NCBI GenBank assembly: GCA_964592515.1
Contig: CAZQFG010000003.1
Location: 1-42,391 of the forward strand
DNA length: 42,391 nucleotides
From: an uncultured Chryseobacterium sp.
GTDB lineage: Bacteria; Bacteroidota; Bacteroidia; Flavobacteriales_F; PHOS-HE28
Direction of reading: 5' to 3'
Shown here in pieces: positions 18,725 through 26,905 of this stretch. Numbering within the stretch: the stretch's first letter is position 1; each line of letters begins with the position of its first letter. The position numbers and the translations under genes were made by a program. The notes beneath the pieces were generated by a model that worked only from the letters and a program-made list of their open reading frames with translations, was not told the origin of the DNA and ran no database searches.

Positions 18725-20694
18725 CCATGAAGATCAAGGTTGCCCTGCTCTGTTGCCTTTCCGTTGCGTTTACCACCAACAGCTCCGCGCAGGACAAATT
18801 GGTACGCGACTATGATTGGGCCGTTACCCCCACCCTGCACAACGCATTGCATGTGAAGGACGCACCCACCACCATCATCCGCTCGGTGAGCATGGTGGAT
18901 TGGGAAGAGGAAGGCAACGCGCTGAACGAATACTACCTGATGCACCAGATCCGGCACATCGGTGCGGAAAGCGCGGTGGAGGACAACAACAAGATCTACA
19001 TCCCCTTGAGCGATGTGATCGACGTGGTGTCAAAGAAGGCGCGCGTGATAGACCCCACCGGCAAGGTGGTTGTGCTCACGGAAGATGACTTCAAGATGGC
19101 CGAGGACGAAGAGGACCACCAGCGTTACCTCTACTTCGCCTTTAGCGGCGTGCAGGTGGGCAGCGAGATCGAATACCTGATCGTGCTGAAGAAAGAGCCC
19201 ACGCTTCGTGGTGACCGCGAGATGCTCCAGTATTCGAGTCCCGTGGTGATGCGCGAACTGCATCTGATAACGCCCAAGCACCTGGTGCTTGGCACCAAAG
19301 GCTACAACGGTGCACCAGAGGCCGTTTTCGATTCCAGCCGCACCGATGTGCGCCACCTCTCTGTGACCGCCCAGGACCTGAAGGGACTGAAGAAGGAACA
19401 CAGTGCCTACTATGCCCCGAACGCCATGCAGACCGCGTTCAAGCTTGACGCGAACATCGCACGCCAAACGCGCGACTTCAGTTCGTATGTGAACGCCACG
19501 AAGATGTACCACAGCGTCCTCTACCCTACAGTGGACAGCAAGGTGCAGAAAGAGCTCAAGAAGCTGATCAAGGCATCAGGGGCCGAGCAGGCGACCACCG
19601 ATGAGGACAAGGTGCGCCACATGGAGGACCACCTGAAGACCAACTACAACATCGTGAGCTCGGGGGCCGGCGAACTGCGTGACCCTGCGTACATCATGAA
19701 GAACAAGGTGATGAACAACGTGGGGGCCATGATCATGACCGCCTGCCTGCTCACCGAGATGGGCATTGACCACCAAGTGGTGGTGACCAGCGACCGCCAG
19801 AGCTACAAATTCGACAAGGACTTTGAGTCGTACCTGAGCCTGCAACGCGAATTCATCTACTTCCCCTCGTTCAAGAAGTACATGGCACCCACTGAATCGG
19901 AATTGCGTGTTGGCTACATCCCGGCCGAGTACATGGACAATCAGGGCCTCTTCATCCGCACGGTGGATGTGGGTGGCACACGCACCGGGATCGGCAAGGT
20001 GAACTACATCGAACCCCTGACGGACGATAAGTGCATCCACGACATCAAGGCCCATGTGGACCTGGGGAGCCAGCCGGGCAGCGCGGTGATCAACCTGGAG
20101 AACAGCCTGAGCGGCTACTACGCCATGTTCCTGCAACCCTACTGGAGCCTGCTGGACGATGAGAACAAGGAGAAGCTCATGGACAGCATGGTGGGCTATG
20201 TTACCGACGATAGCGAATCGCACAAAGTGGACGTTGAGGACTACGGCAGCCTGAACTTCGGCGTGAAGCCCGTGGTGATCAAGCTGAATGCGACCACCAC
20301 GCGCTTCCTGGAGAACGCCGGCGACAAAACGCTGTTCAAGATCGGCGAGCTCATCGGCCCCCAGATGGAACTGTACGCGGATAAGGAACGCACCATGCCC
20401 GTGGACGATGACCATGCACGCCGTTATATGCGCGTGATCACCGTGGTGCTGCCCGCGGGCACCAAGGTGGAGAACCTGGCCTCCCTAAAGATGGACCGTA
20501 GCCTGGTACGTGATGGCAAGGAGTTGCTGCGCTTCCGCTCGGATTACACCCTTGAAGGCAACATCCTGACCGTGACCGTGGAAGAGTTCTACAAGGTGTG
20601 CCAGTTGCCCCTGAGCGAGTTCGAGGCCTACCGTTCCGTGGTGAACGCGGCCGCCGACTTCAACAAGGTGACCTTGGTGCTCGCGAAGAACTGA
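18721..20694 (+). CDS. DUF3857 domain protein, transglutaminase-like fold lacking catalytic residues
   Basis: ATGA overlap with upstream gene; signal peptide; FAFSGVQVGSEIEY; equivalent positions read KVMNNVG / LQREFIYF / YMAPT (no C/H/D); C-terminal AADFNKVTLVL. Confidence 0.85.
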   Translation: MTMKIKVALLCCLSVAFTTNSSAQDKLVRDYDWAVTPTLHNALHVKDAPTTIIRSVSMVDWEEEGNALNEYYLMHQIRHIGAESAVEDNNKIYIPLSDVIDVVSKKARVIDPTGKVVVLTEDDFKMAEDEEDHQRYLYFAFSGVQVGSEIEYLIVLKKEPTLRGDREMLQYSSPVVMRELHLITPKHLVLGTKGYNGAPEAVFDSSRTDVRHLSVTAQDLKGLKKEHSAYYAPNAMQTAFKLDANIARQTRDFSSYVNATKMYHSVLYPTVDSKVQKELKKLIKASGAEQATTDEDKVRHMEDHLKTNYNIVSSGAGELRDPAYIMKNKVMNNVGAMIMTACLLTEMGIDHQVVVTSDRQSYKFDKDFESYLSLQREFIYFPSFKKYMAPTESELRVGYIPAEYMDNQGLFIRTVDVGGTRTGIGKVNYIEPLTDDKCIHDIKAHVDLGSQPGSAVINLENSLSGYYAMFLQPYWSLLDDENKEKLMDSMVGYVTDDSESHKVDVEDYGSLNFGVKPVVIKLNATTTRFLENAGDKTLFKIGELIGPQMELYADKERTMPVDDDHARRYMRVITVVLPAGTKVENLASLKMDRSLVRDGKELLRFRSDYTLEGNILTVTVEEFYKVCQLPLSEFEAYRSVVNAAADFNKVTLVLAKN

Positions 20695-20710
20695 TCGCCC
20701 GCCTCCATCC

Positions 20711-21745
20711 ATGATCGTTCCGCTGACCGGCGAGGCATTCCTGAATGCCAATGGTCCGATCATCGATGTCCGTTCGCCGGGCGAGTTCGCACACGGCCAT
20801 ATCCCGGGCGCGTTCAACCTGCCGCTGTTCGACAATGCGGAACGCGCCATTGTCGGCACCCTTTACAAGCAACAAGGCAGGGATGCGGCCATGCTCGAAG
20901 GCCTTCGGATCGTGGGGCCCAAGCTGGCCTCTATCGTGGAGCAATGCAGATCATGGGCACCGGACGGGCGCGTACGGGTGCACTGCTGGCGCGGTGGTGA
21001 GCGCAGTGGCAGTGTGGCCTGGCTGCTGGATAAAGCGGGGTTCGCGCAGGTGCATGTGCTACGCGGTGGTTACAAGGCGTTCAGGAACCTCGTCCGGATG
21101 AGCTTTGAGGCCCCACGACCGCTCCTGGTCCTGGGCGGCTACACAGGTACCGGCAAGACCGAGACCCTGGGTCACCTCCGTGTTCTGGGCGCGCAGACCA
21201 TCGACCTTGAAGGGATGGCCCATCACAAGGGTTCTTCGTTCGGCGCCATCGGTGAGCAGCCACAACCCAGCACTGAGCACTTCGAGAACATGCTCTGGCA
21301 GGCGCTGGCCACCATGGACCCAGATACACCGCTCTGGCTGGAGGATGAGAGCCTGATGATCGGCCGTGTGCGCATACCCGATGCCTTGTTCGCACAGATG
21401 CGGCAGGCCGTGCTCTACTTCGCCGATATGCCTGTGGAAGAGCGTGCAGCCCGTCTGGTGGTGGACTACGGCCGATATCCGAAGAATGAGCTCGAGGCAG
21501 CCACCAAGCGGATCGAAAAGCGACTGGGCCCCCAGCATTGCAAAGCGGCCTTGGAAGCTTTGGCCAATGACGACCTGCTGACCGTGGCCACCATTACACT
21601 ACGCTACTACGACAAGGCCTATTTGCGCGGAGCTTCAGAACGCCCCAAGGAAAAAGTGGTCCACATCCCCGCAACAGCGAGCGATCTTCGCGGACTGGCC
21701 ACACGCCTCTTGCAACATGCCGCTTCCTCCTCCCCCGTCCATTGA
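20711..21745 (+). CDS. mnmH: tRNA 2-selenouridine(34) synthase
   Basis: Rhodanese IDVRSPGEFAHGHIPGA..HCWRGGERS..GGYKAFR, P-loop GYTGTGKT, DLEGMAHHKGSSFG, EDES..IG, YYDKAY; adjacent to selD (gene also called selU). Confidence 0.95.
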   Translation: MIVPLTGEAFLNANGPIIDVRSPGEFAHGHIPGAFNLPLFDNAERAIVGTLYKQQGRDAAMLEGLRIVGPKLASIVEQCRSWAPDGRVRVHCWRGGERSGSVAWLLDKAGFAQVHVLRGGYKAFRNLVRMSFEAPRPLLVLGGYTGTGKTETLGHLRVLGAQTIDLEGMAHHKGSSFGAIGEQPQPSTEHFENMLWQALATMDPDTPLWLEDESLMIGRVRIPDALFAQMRQAVLYFADMPVEERAARLVVDYGRYPKNELEAATKRIEKRLGPQHCKAALEALANDDLLTVATITLRYYDKAYLRGASERPKEKVVHIPATASDLRGLATRLLQHAASSSPVH

Positions 21746-22778
21746 GCCCGTTCGCCTGACACAATACAGTCACGGTGCGGGCTGCGGTTGCAAGATCGCT
21801 CCGTCCGTGCTGGAGACCATTCTCCAGAGCGATCTGGGCACATTCCCCGATCCGCGCTTGTTGGTGGGCTATGGCACACGCGATGATGCTGCCGTGTACG
21901 ACATCGGCAATGGTCGCGCACTGATCAGTACCACTGACTTCTTCAGCCCCATTGTGGATGATGCCTATGACTTTGGACGCATCGCCGCCACCAACGCACT
22001 GAGCGATGTGTACGCCATGGGCGGCACCCCCCTGCTGGCGGTCGCCATTCTGGGCTGGCCCGTGGAGAAGCTCCCAGCGGAATTGGCCGCACGCGTGATC
22101 GAAGGTGGCCGCGCGGCCTGTCATGCAGCGGGAATAGCACTGGCCGGAGGGCACAGCATTGATGCTCCCGAGCCGTTCTTCGGCCTGGCCGTTACTGGCG
22201 AAGTGAAGGTGGAACACCTCAAGCGCAACGATGGCGCTGAACAGGGCGATGTGCTGGTGCTCACCAAACCCCTTGGGGTGGGCATTCTGGCAACCGCACA
22301 GAAGCGGGGCGTTTTACAGCGCGAGCACGCCACGATCGGCCGCGACCTGATGTGCCGATCGAACCGGATAGGCAGCCTGCTCGGCACGCAACCCAGCGTT
22401 CACGCGTTGACCGATGTTACCGGTTTCGGGCTGGGCGGTCATTTGCTCGAGCTCTGCCAAGGCGCGGGGTTGAATGCCACGGTACACATGGACCAGGTGC
22501 CCGTGATCCCCGAGGCACGCACCTATTTGCAGAAGGGTTGCTACCCGGACGGATCCTTCCGGAATTGGAAAAGTCTGAACACGCGTATTTCTGGTGCTTC
22601 GGACATGGAGCGCATGATGCTCCTGAGCGACCCACAGACAAGTGGAGGCTTGCTAGTTTCGGTTGCTCCTGCCGACCTTAAGATCGTTCTCGATCTTATC
22701 CGCCAGGAAAACGCTGAAGCTGCCGTCATCGGCACCATGACCGACCCTGCGGAAGTGCCGACCATTGCTGTTATTTGA
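21717..22778 (+). CDS. selD: Selenide, water dikinase (selenophosphate synthetase), Cys-type
   Basis: RLTQYSHGAGCGCKI, DDAAVY, TTDFFSPIVDD, AATNALSDVYAMGG, GGHSI, TDVTGFGL.GHL, DPQTSGGLL. Confidence 0.96.
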   Translation: MPLPPPPSIEPVRLTQYSHGAGCGCKIAPSVLETILQSDLGTFPDPRLLVGYGTRDDAAVYDIGNGRALISTTDFFSPIVDDAYDFGRIAATNALSDVYAMGGTPLLAVAILGWPVEKLPAELAARVIEGGRAACHAAGIALAGGHSIDAPEPFFGLAVTGEVKVEHLKRNDGAEQGDVLVLTKPLGVGILATAQKRGVLQREHATIGRDLMCRSNRIGSLLGTQPSVHALTDVTGFGLGGHLLELCQGAGLNATVHMDQVPVIPEARTYLQKGCYPDGSFRNWKSLNTRISGASDMERMMLLSDPQTSGGLLVSVAPADLKIVLDLIRQENAEAAVIGTMTDPAEVPTIAVI

Positions 22779-22873
22779 TCGTCGAATATCCGGTTTTTAC
22801 AAGTAAACGGATTTCGACATCCTGTGTTCGGATAAAGCCTTCCGATGGTGGCTTCCACGCCTCATTTGTATCA

Positions 22874-22881
22874 TAGATTTG
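22874..22881 (+). promoter_or_regulatory. Bacteroidota -7 promoter element (TAGATTTG)
   Basis: Exact TAnnTTTG match in the AT-richer intergenic region, 46 nt before ATG 22928. Confidence 0.6.
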
Positions 22882-22927
22882 TGCTCGATATACACCTTGC
22901 TCCGGTGCATGGAAAACAGCGATCATC

Positions 22928-23503
22928 ATGGCAAAGAGACGATTGAACGATAAGGACCTCAACGAACTGCTCACGCAATACCGCAGCGAGCGACGCAGGC
23001 TCATCTTCCAACTGGAACGAGTGCGTGAAACGATCGCTGAGCTGAAGGGACAACGCGGAGAACCGGATACAGAGGATGATGAGGTCCCCGTGAAACGCGG
23101 ACCTGGACGCCCACGAAAGAACCCCGAGGAAAAGGCCACTCGCCGCAAGAAACCCGGTCGTCGTAAAAAGCGCACCATCAAGGACGGGGGGTATCGCCTG
23201 AGCGACTGGGACCAGATGGTGGTGAACGCCATCACGAAGGCCAACAGGCTGCTACCCAGAGAAGACCTGAAGTTGCAGGCGCTTGCCTGGGCACGCAAGA
23301 ACGAGCCTCTGATGAAGGAACCGGAGATCGAGATCAAGCTTACGCGCGTGCTCCAGAAGCTGAGCGGCAAGCGAGGAATTCTTGGCGCACACCGTTCCGG
23401 CCTACGCCGCGGTTATCACTATGGCCTGAAGGATTGGTTCTTCGCCTCCAGCGGCGCACTGCGAAAGCAGCACTACGACAAGTTGGTCCTTTCCAAGGAT
23501 TAA
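22928..23503 (+). CDS. Basic putative DNA-binding protein (coiled coil + AT-hook-like motif + predicted winged helix)
   Basis: Heptad-rich N-terminus; KRGPGRPRK and KKPGRRKK; C-terminal helical domain ending RRGYHYGLKDWF; own promoter and terminator. Confidence 0.75.
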   Translation: MAKRRLNDKDLNELLTQYRSERRRLIFQLERVRETIAELKGQRGEPDTEDDEVPVKRGPGRPRKNPEEKATRRKKPGRRKKRTIKDGGYRLSDWDQMVVNAITKANRLLPREDLKLQALAWARKNEPLMKEPEIEIKLTRVLQKLSGKRGILGAHRSGLRRGYHYGLKDWFFASSGALRKQHYDKLVLSKD

Positions 23504-23526
23504 GTCGGCGCGAATTCAGAACGATG

Positions 23527-23555
23527 AAAAGGGAGCGCTGCGGCGCTCCTTTTTT
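23527..23555 (+). terminator. Rho-independent terminator
   Basis: AAAAG-GGAGCGC-TGCG-GCGCTCC-TTTTTT. Confidence 0.88.
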
Positions 23556-23618
23556 GCTGCCACCGGTCATAGCTTGTTCGCTCACGATGCGTGTAACTTG
23601 CCGACAACTCTTTAGCCC

Positions 23619-24062
23619 ATGAACAACATCCTGGTCCCGATGGACTTCTCCCCTCCTGCAAAGGATGCGCTCACTTTGGCCATCTATTTCAGCACTACGC
23701 TGAAGGCCAAGATCTGGTTGGTGCATGTGGCCGCGCCCGATCCGGATTTCGTTGGCTTCAAGACCGGTCCGACATACATCCGTGAGCATCGAGCGGACAT
23801 CCTCAAGCAGGAGCATGCCGACCTTCAGGCCATGGCCAGGGATGCGGTCGAAAAAGGGGGCAACGCCGAAGCGTTGATGGTGCAAGGCCCCACCACCGAG
23901 ACCCTGTTGGAAGAAGTGGAGCGGCTGCAGATCGACTTGATCGTGATGGGCTCGCATGGCCGCGGTGGCCTGTACAAGGCGTTCGTGGGCAGTGTGAGCG
24001 AACAGGTATTGGACAAGAGCCCTGTACCGGTGCTCATCGTCCCATCAAAGGAACGTCCGTAA
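23619..24062 (+). CDS. Universal stress protein (UspA family)
   Basis: NILVPMDFS, LVHV, DLIVMGSHGRGG...VGSVSEQVL...PVPVLIVP. Confidence 0.93.
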   Translation: MNNILVPMDFSPPAKDALTLAIYFSTTLKAKIWLVHVAAPDPDFVGFKTGPTYIREHRADILKQEHADLQAMARDAVEKGGNAEALMVQGPTTETLLEEVERLQIDLIVMGSHGRGGLYKAFVGSVSEQVLDKSPVPVLIVPSKERP

Positions 24063-24065
24063 CGC

Positions 24066-25190
24066 ATGGCCCATCGTTCCTCGCCTTGGCTGGCACTGGT
24101 CCTGCTGGCCTGTAGTGGTGCCGTATGTGTGCCCACCATCCGCGGTGGTGATCCCGCGCTGAAGGACATCAAGCTCCCGGAAGGGTTCATGATCGAGGTT
24201 TACGCGGAAGGCGTGACCAACGCACGGGCCATGTGCTGGGGCGATAAGGGCACCTTGTTCGTGGGCAGCCGAAGTGAAGGTGTGGTGCATGCCTTACGCG
24301 ATAAGGATGGCGATGGCCTTGCCGAAGAGCACCACATCATAGCCAAGGGCCTGAACATGCCTGTGGGCGTGGCGTTCCGCAACGGCGACCTTTACATCAG
24401 TGCGGTGAACAGCATCGTGAAACTCTCGGCCATCGAGGACCACCTCTCAGATCCTCCAGCACCGGTAACGGTCACCGAACAGTATCCGAACGAGACCCAC
24501 CACGGCTGGAAGTTCATCGCCTTTGGTCCGGACGGTAAGCTGTACGTGCCTGTGGGTGCGCCATGCAACATCTGCCTGAGCAAGGACAGCATCTACGCCT
24601 CCATAACACGGATCAACCCTGATGGCACAGGGCGCGAGATCATAGCGCATGGTGTGCGCAATACCGTTGGTTTCGACTGGCACCCCACCACCGGCGAACT
24701 GTGGTTCACGGACAATGGTCGCGATTGGCTGGGCGATGACAGCCCCGACTGTGAGCTCAACCTCTTGGCCACGACCGGCTCGCATTTCGGCTATCCGATC
24801 TGCCACGCTGGCACGGTGAGCGACCCCGAGTTCGGCAAGCAACGATCCTGTTCAGAGTTCGTGCGGCCTGCCGCTTTGCTTGGACCGCACACCGCCCCCT
24901 TGGGCATGCGCTTCTACACCGGCCAGCAATTCCCTGCCAAGTACCGCAATGCCATCTTCATTGCACAACACGGCAGTTGGAACCGCAGTACGCCTGTGGG
25001 CTACAAGGTGATGGTGGCCTTCCCGAACGCGGATGGTACTGCCACCACCGAGGAGTTCGCAACGGGCTGGTTGAACGGATCAAAGGCCTGGGGAAGACCC
25101 GTTGATGTGCTGGTTGCACCGGATGGAAGCCTGCTGGTGAGCGACGATGCAGCGGACTTGATCTACCGGATCCGCTACGTGGGTAAATGA
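24066..25190 (+). CDS. Sorbosone dehydrogenase-family (PQQ-dependent sugar dehydrogenase-like) exported protein
   Basis: LALVLLAC possible lipobox; HHGWKFIAFGPDGKLYVPVGAPCNIC, GVRNTVGFDW, HTAPLGM, QHGSWNR, GRPVDV..DGSLLVSDD. Confidence 0.9.
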   Translation: MAHRSSPWLALVLLACSGAVCVPTIRGGDPALKDIKLPEGFMIEVYAEGVTNARAMCWGDKGTLFVGSRSEGVVHALRDKDGDGLAEEHHIIAKGLNMPVGVAFRNGDLYISAVNSIVKLSAIEDHLSDPPAPVTVTEQYPNETHHGWKFIAFGPDGKLYVPVGAPCNICLSKDSIYASITRINPDGTGREIIAHGVRNTVGFDWHPTTGELWFTDNGRDWLGDDSPDCELNLLATTGSHFGYPICHAGTVSDPEFGKQRSCSEFVRPAALLGPHTAPLGMRFYTGQQFPAKYRNAIFIAQHGSWNRSTPVGYKVMVAFPNADGTATTEEFATGWLNGSKAWGRPVDVLVAPDGSLLVSDDAADLIYRIRYVGK

Positions 25191-25244
25191 CCGTTCAGTC
25201 TATCCCCTTCATTTCTTATCGATGTACCATAGTGCCGTGGCAAC

Positions 25245-25619
25245 TCAGCGAGCGTCCGCGGTATCGCAGCATACGGCATCCTCGCTTCGACGCCTGCGCA
25301 GGTTGAGCGCATGCCCGACAATGAGTCCGAGCGAGGCCGACATGCCCACGTATCCGGCCCACTCGAGCTCGTGCTCCAGGATCATGCACAAGGCGAACAC
25401 AGCCCAGACTGACCAAAGGATGACCTTGAAGGAGCCTAGCGACCGGCCGGCCAACGCCGAGCGTAACGCCCATGCTGCCCACACCACGAACACCAGCTCC
25501 AACAGTGGGTGTGCAGCGAACGAGGCGCCCCACGCAATGAACAAGGGCATGGCCAGGCAATGCACCAGGCACAGTCCCGAGTTGAGCATGCCCAAGTGGT
25601 CCTGGGTCAAAAAACGCAT
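25245..25619 (-). CDS. MerC domain-containing membrane protein
   Basis: DHLGMLNSGLCLVHCLAMP (CxxHC), four TM segments, GHALN near the end, C-terminal CC; start ATG 25619. Confidence 0.8.
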   Translation of the reverse strand: MRFLTQDHLGMLNSGLCLVHCLAMPLFIAWGASFAAHPLLELVFVVWAAWALRSALAGRSLGSFKVILWSVWAVFALCMILEHELEWAGYVGMSASLGLIVGHALNLRRRRSEDAVCCDTADAR

Positions 25620-25696
25620 TTGAAAAGGCGGGGTTGATCGGGCGCAAAGAGGATCGTCAGGGAGTGATCCCGGTCCTGTTGGCGTTCGTGCATGGA

Positions 25697-26275
25697 TCAA
25701 TCAACGATCACAGGAAAAGTGACCTCGATGTCCGTTTCCCCACCGGCGTTCGTAATGTCGCCATTGATGACGCCTGCAGCGGTCTTGTTGGGTTGATGGC
25801 GCAGCGTAACGGTCATGGTGCCTTCGCCGGGAGCAGCCGTCGTCGCAAGGTTCGTGAGGCCAATGGGCTGGCCGTTGGCATCAGCATCGGCATAGGCGAC
25901 CAATAAGGTGGTGCCCACTGGCTGGAAGAAGAACTGATGCGCGGGCCCTTCAGATGCGATCTCGTTGGTTATCTCCTCCGTGGTTGAACCGCTCTCGTTC
26001 AGGACACGAACGGTCATATTGAAAGCGCGGTTGGCTGGTATCGTATCGCCTGTGATCACTGGAGCATTTCCGCCATCGCCGTCCAGATCGGTGAAACGCA
26101 GTTCGAAGACCTCCGTAGGCGTTTCCTGATCCGTGAAGGTGAGGATGAGCGTGGTGATGAGCTCCTCTTCGTTGGTAGGGGTCGGTGCGGGGCTTGAGGT
26201 CTCGTCCTTTTTGCAGGCCATCAAAAGGGCTCCAAAAGCTGCGATCATCAACAGGTTCTTGCGCGTGGTCAGCAT
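25697..26275 (-). CDS. Lipoprotein of the 'EEELITT' family, typical of Bacteroidota metal (Zn) uptake loci
   Basis: Lipobox LLMAC; NEEELITTLILTF, DLDGDGGNAP, HQFFF, Y.D.DANG.PIGL, LRHQPNK, GGETDIEVTF. Confidence 0.8.
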   Translation of the reverse strand: MLTTRKNLLMIAAFGALLMACKKDETSSPAPTPTNEEELITTLILTFTDQETPTEVFELRFTDLDGDGGNAPVITGDTIPANRAFNMTVRVLNESGSTTEEITNEIASEGPAHQFFFQPVGTTLLVAYADADANGQPIGLTNLATTAAPGEGTMTVTLRHQPNKTAAGVINGDITNAGGETDIEVTFPVIVD

Positions 26276-26307
26276 GGTCGTGAATGGTGTTGATCAATTG
26301 ATGCAAA

Positions 26308-26322
26308 TGCAACGGCGTTGCA
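26308..26322. promoter_or_regulatory. Fur-family (Zur-like) operator palindrome 1
   Basis: TGCAAC-GGC-GTTGCA, perfect inverted repeat between the divergent lipoprotein and fur-family genes. Confidence 0.75.
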
Positions 26323-26342
26323 AATATGGCGAGCAATTGTCT

Positions 26343-26363
26343 TCATGCAACACAATTGCATGA
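26343..26363. promoter_or_regulatory. Fur-family (Zur-like) operator palindrome 2
   Basis: TCATGCAA-CACAA-TTGCATGA, same TGCAA-N5-TTGCA core, abutting the -7 box TAAATTTG (26364-26371). Confidence 0.75.
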
Positions 26364-26375
26364 TAAATTTGCAAC

Positions 26376-26786
26376 ATGTCGCTGGACGAACAATTACGCT
26401 CGCACGGACTACGTGTAACCGGCATCCGCAAGGACGTGCTGGAGCTCTTGCAACGCAGTGACCGGGCTTTGTCCCACGCGGATGTGGAGCGGGCCTTACC
26501 GGAGCGTGCCGACCGGGTGACCTTGTTCCGCGTGCTCCAGTCGTTCGAGGATGCTGGCCTTGCCCACCGTGTATTGGATGTGCAAGGGGTGAGCCGCTAT
26601 GCCACCTGTACAGAGAATTGCACGGCCCATGAACACCATGACATGCATGCGCACTTCAGGTGTACGGGATGCGCAGGTGTCTTCTGCCTGGACGAAGTGC
26701 CCATGCCTGAAGTGAAACTACCGAACGGTTTCCGCTTGGTGGAAAGCCATTTGGAACTGGTGGGTACGTGCAAGTCCTGCACATGA
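26376..26786 (+). CDS. Fur-family transcriptional regulator (Zur-like)
   Basis: GLRVT..R, LSHADVE, DRVTLFRVL..F...GL.H, His-rich HEHHDMHAHF.C..C, C-terminal GTCKSC. Confidence 0.92.
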   Translation: MSLDEQLRSHGLRVTGIRKDVLELLQRSDRALSHADVERALPERADRVTLFRVLQSFEDAGLAHRVLDVQGVSRYATCTENCTAHEHHDMHAHFRCTGCAGVFCLDEVPMPEVKLPNGFRLVESHLELVGTCKSCT

Positions 26787-26905
26787 GAAATGGACGACCC
26801 CAGGTTCGTTGGCATTGCCTGGGAGGACCCTGACCACGGTCGATGAACGGATATTCCTTGAAGGGCGTGGCCAGCTATTTTTGATCGGACGCAACCACAC
26901 AGGAA

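Noticed and set aside
21717-22778. Selenocysteine (UGA) recoding in selD or neighbours
   Set aside because: The catalytic residue is encoded by TGC; I saw no gene split by an in-frame TGA at a conserved Cys position, and no selA/selB in the window
25245-25619. Mercury resistance operon
   Set aside because: No merA, merR, merP or merT; the context is a Fur/Zur-type regulator and a metal-uptake lipoprotein
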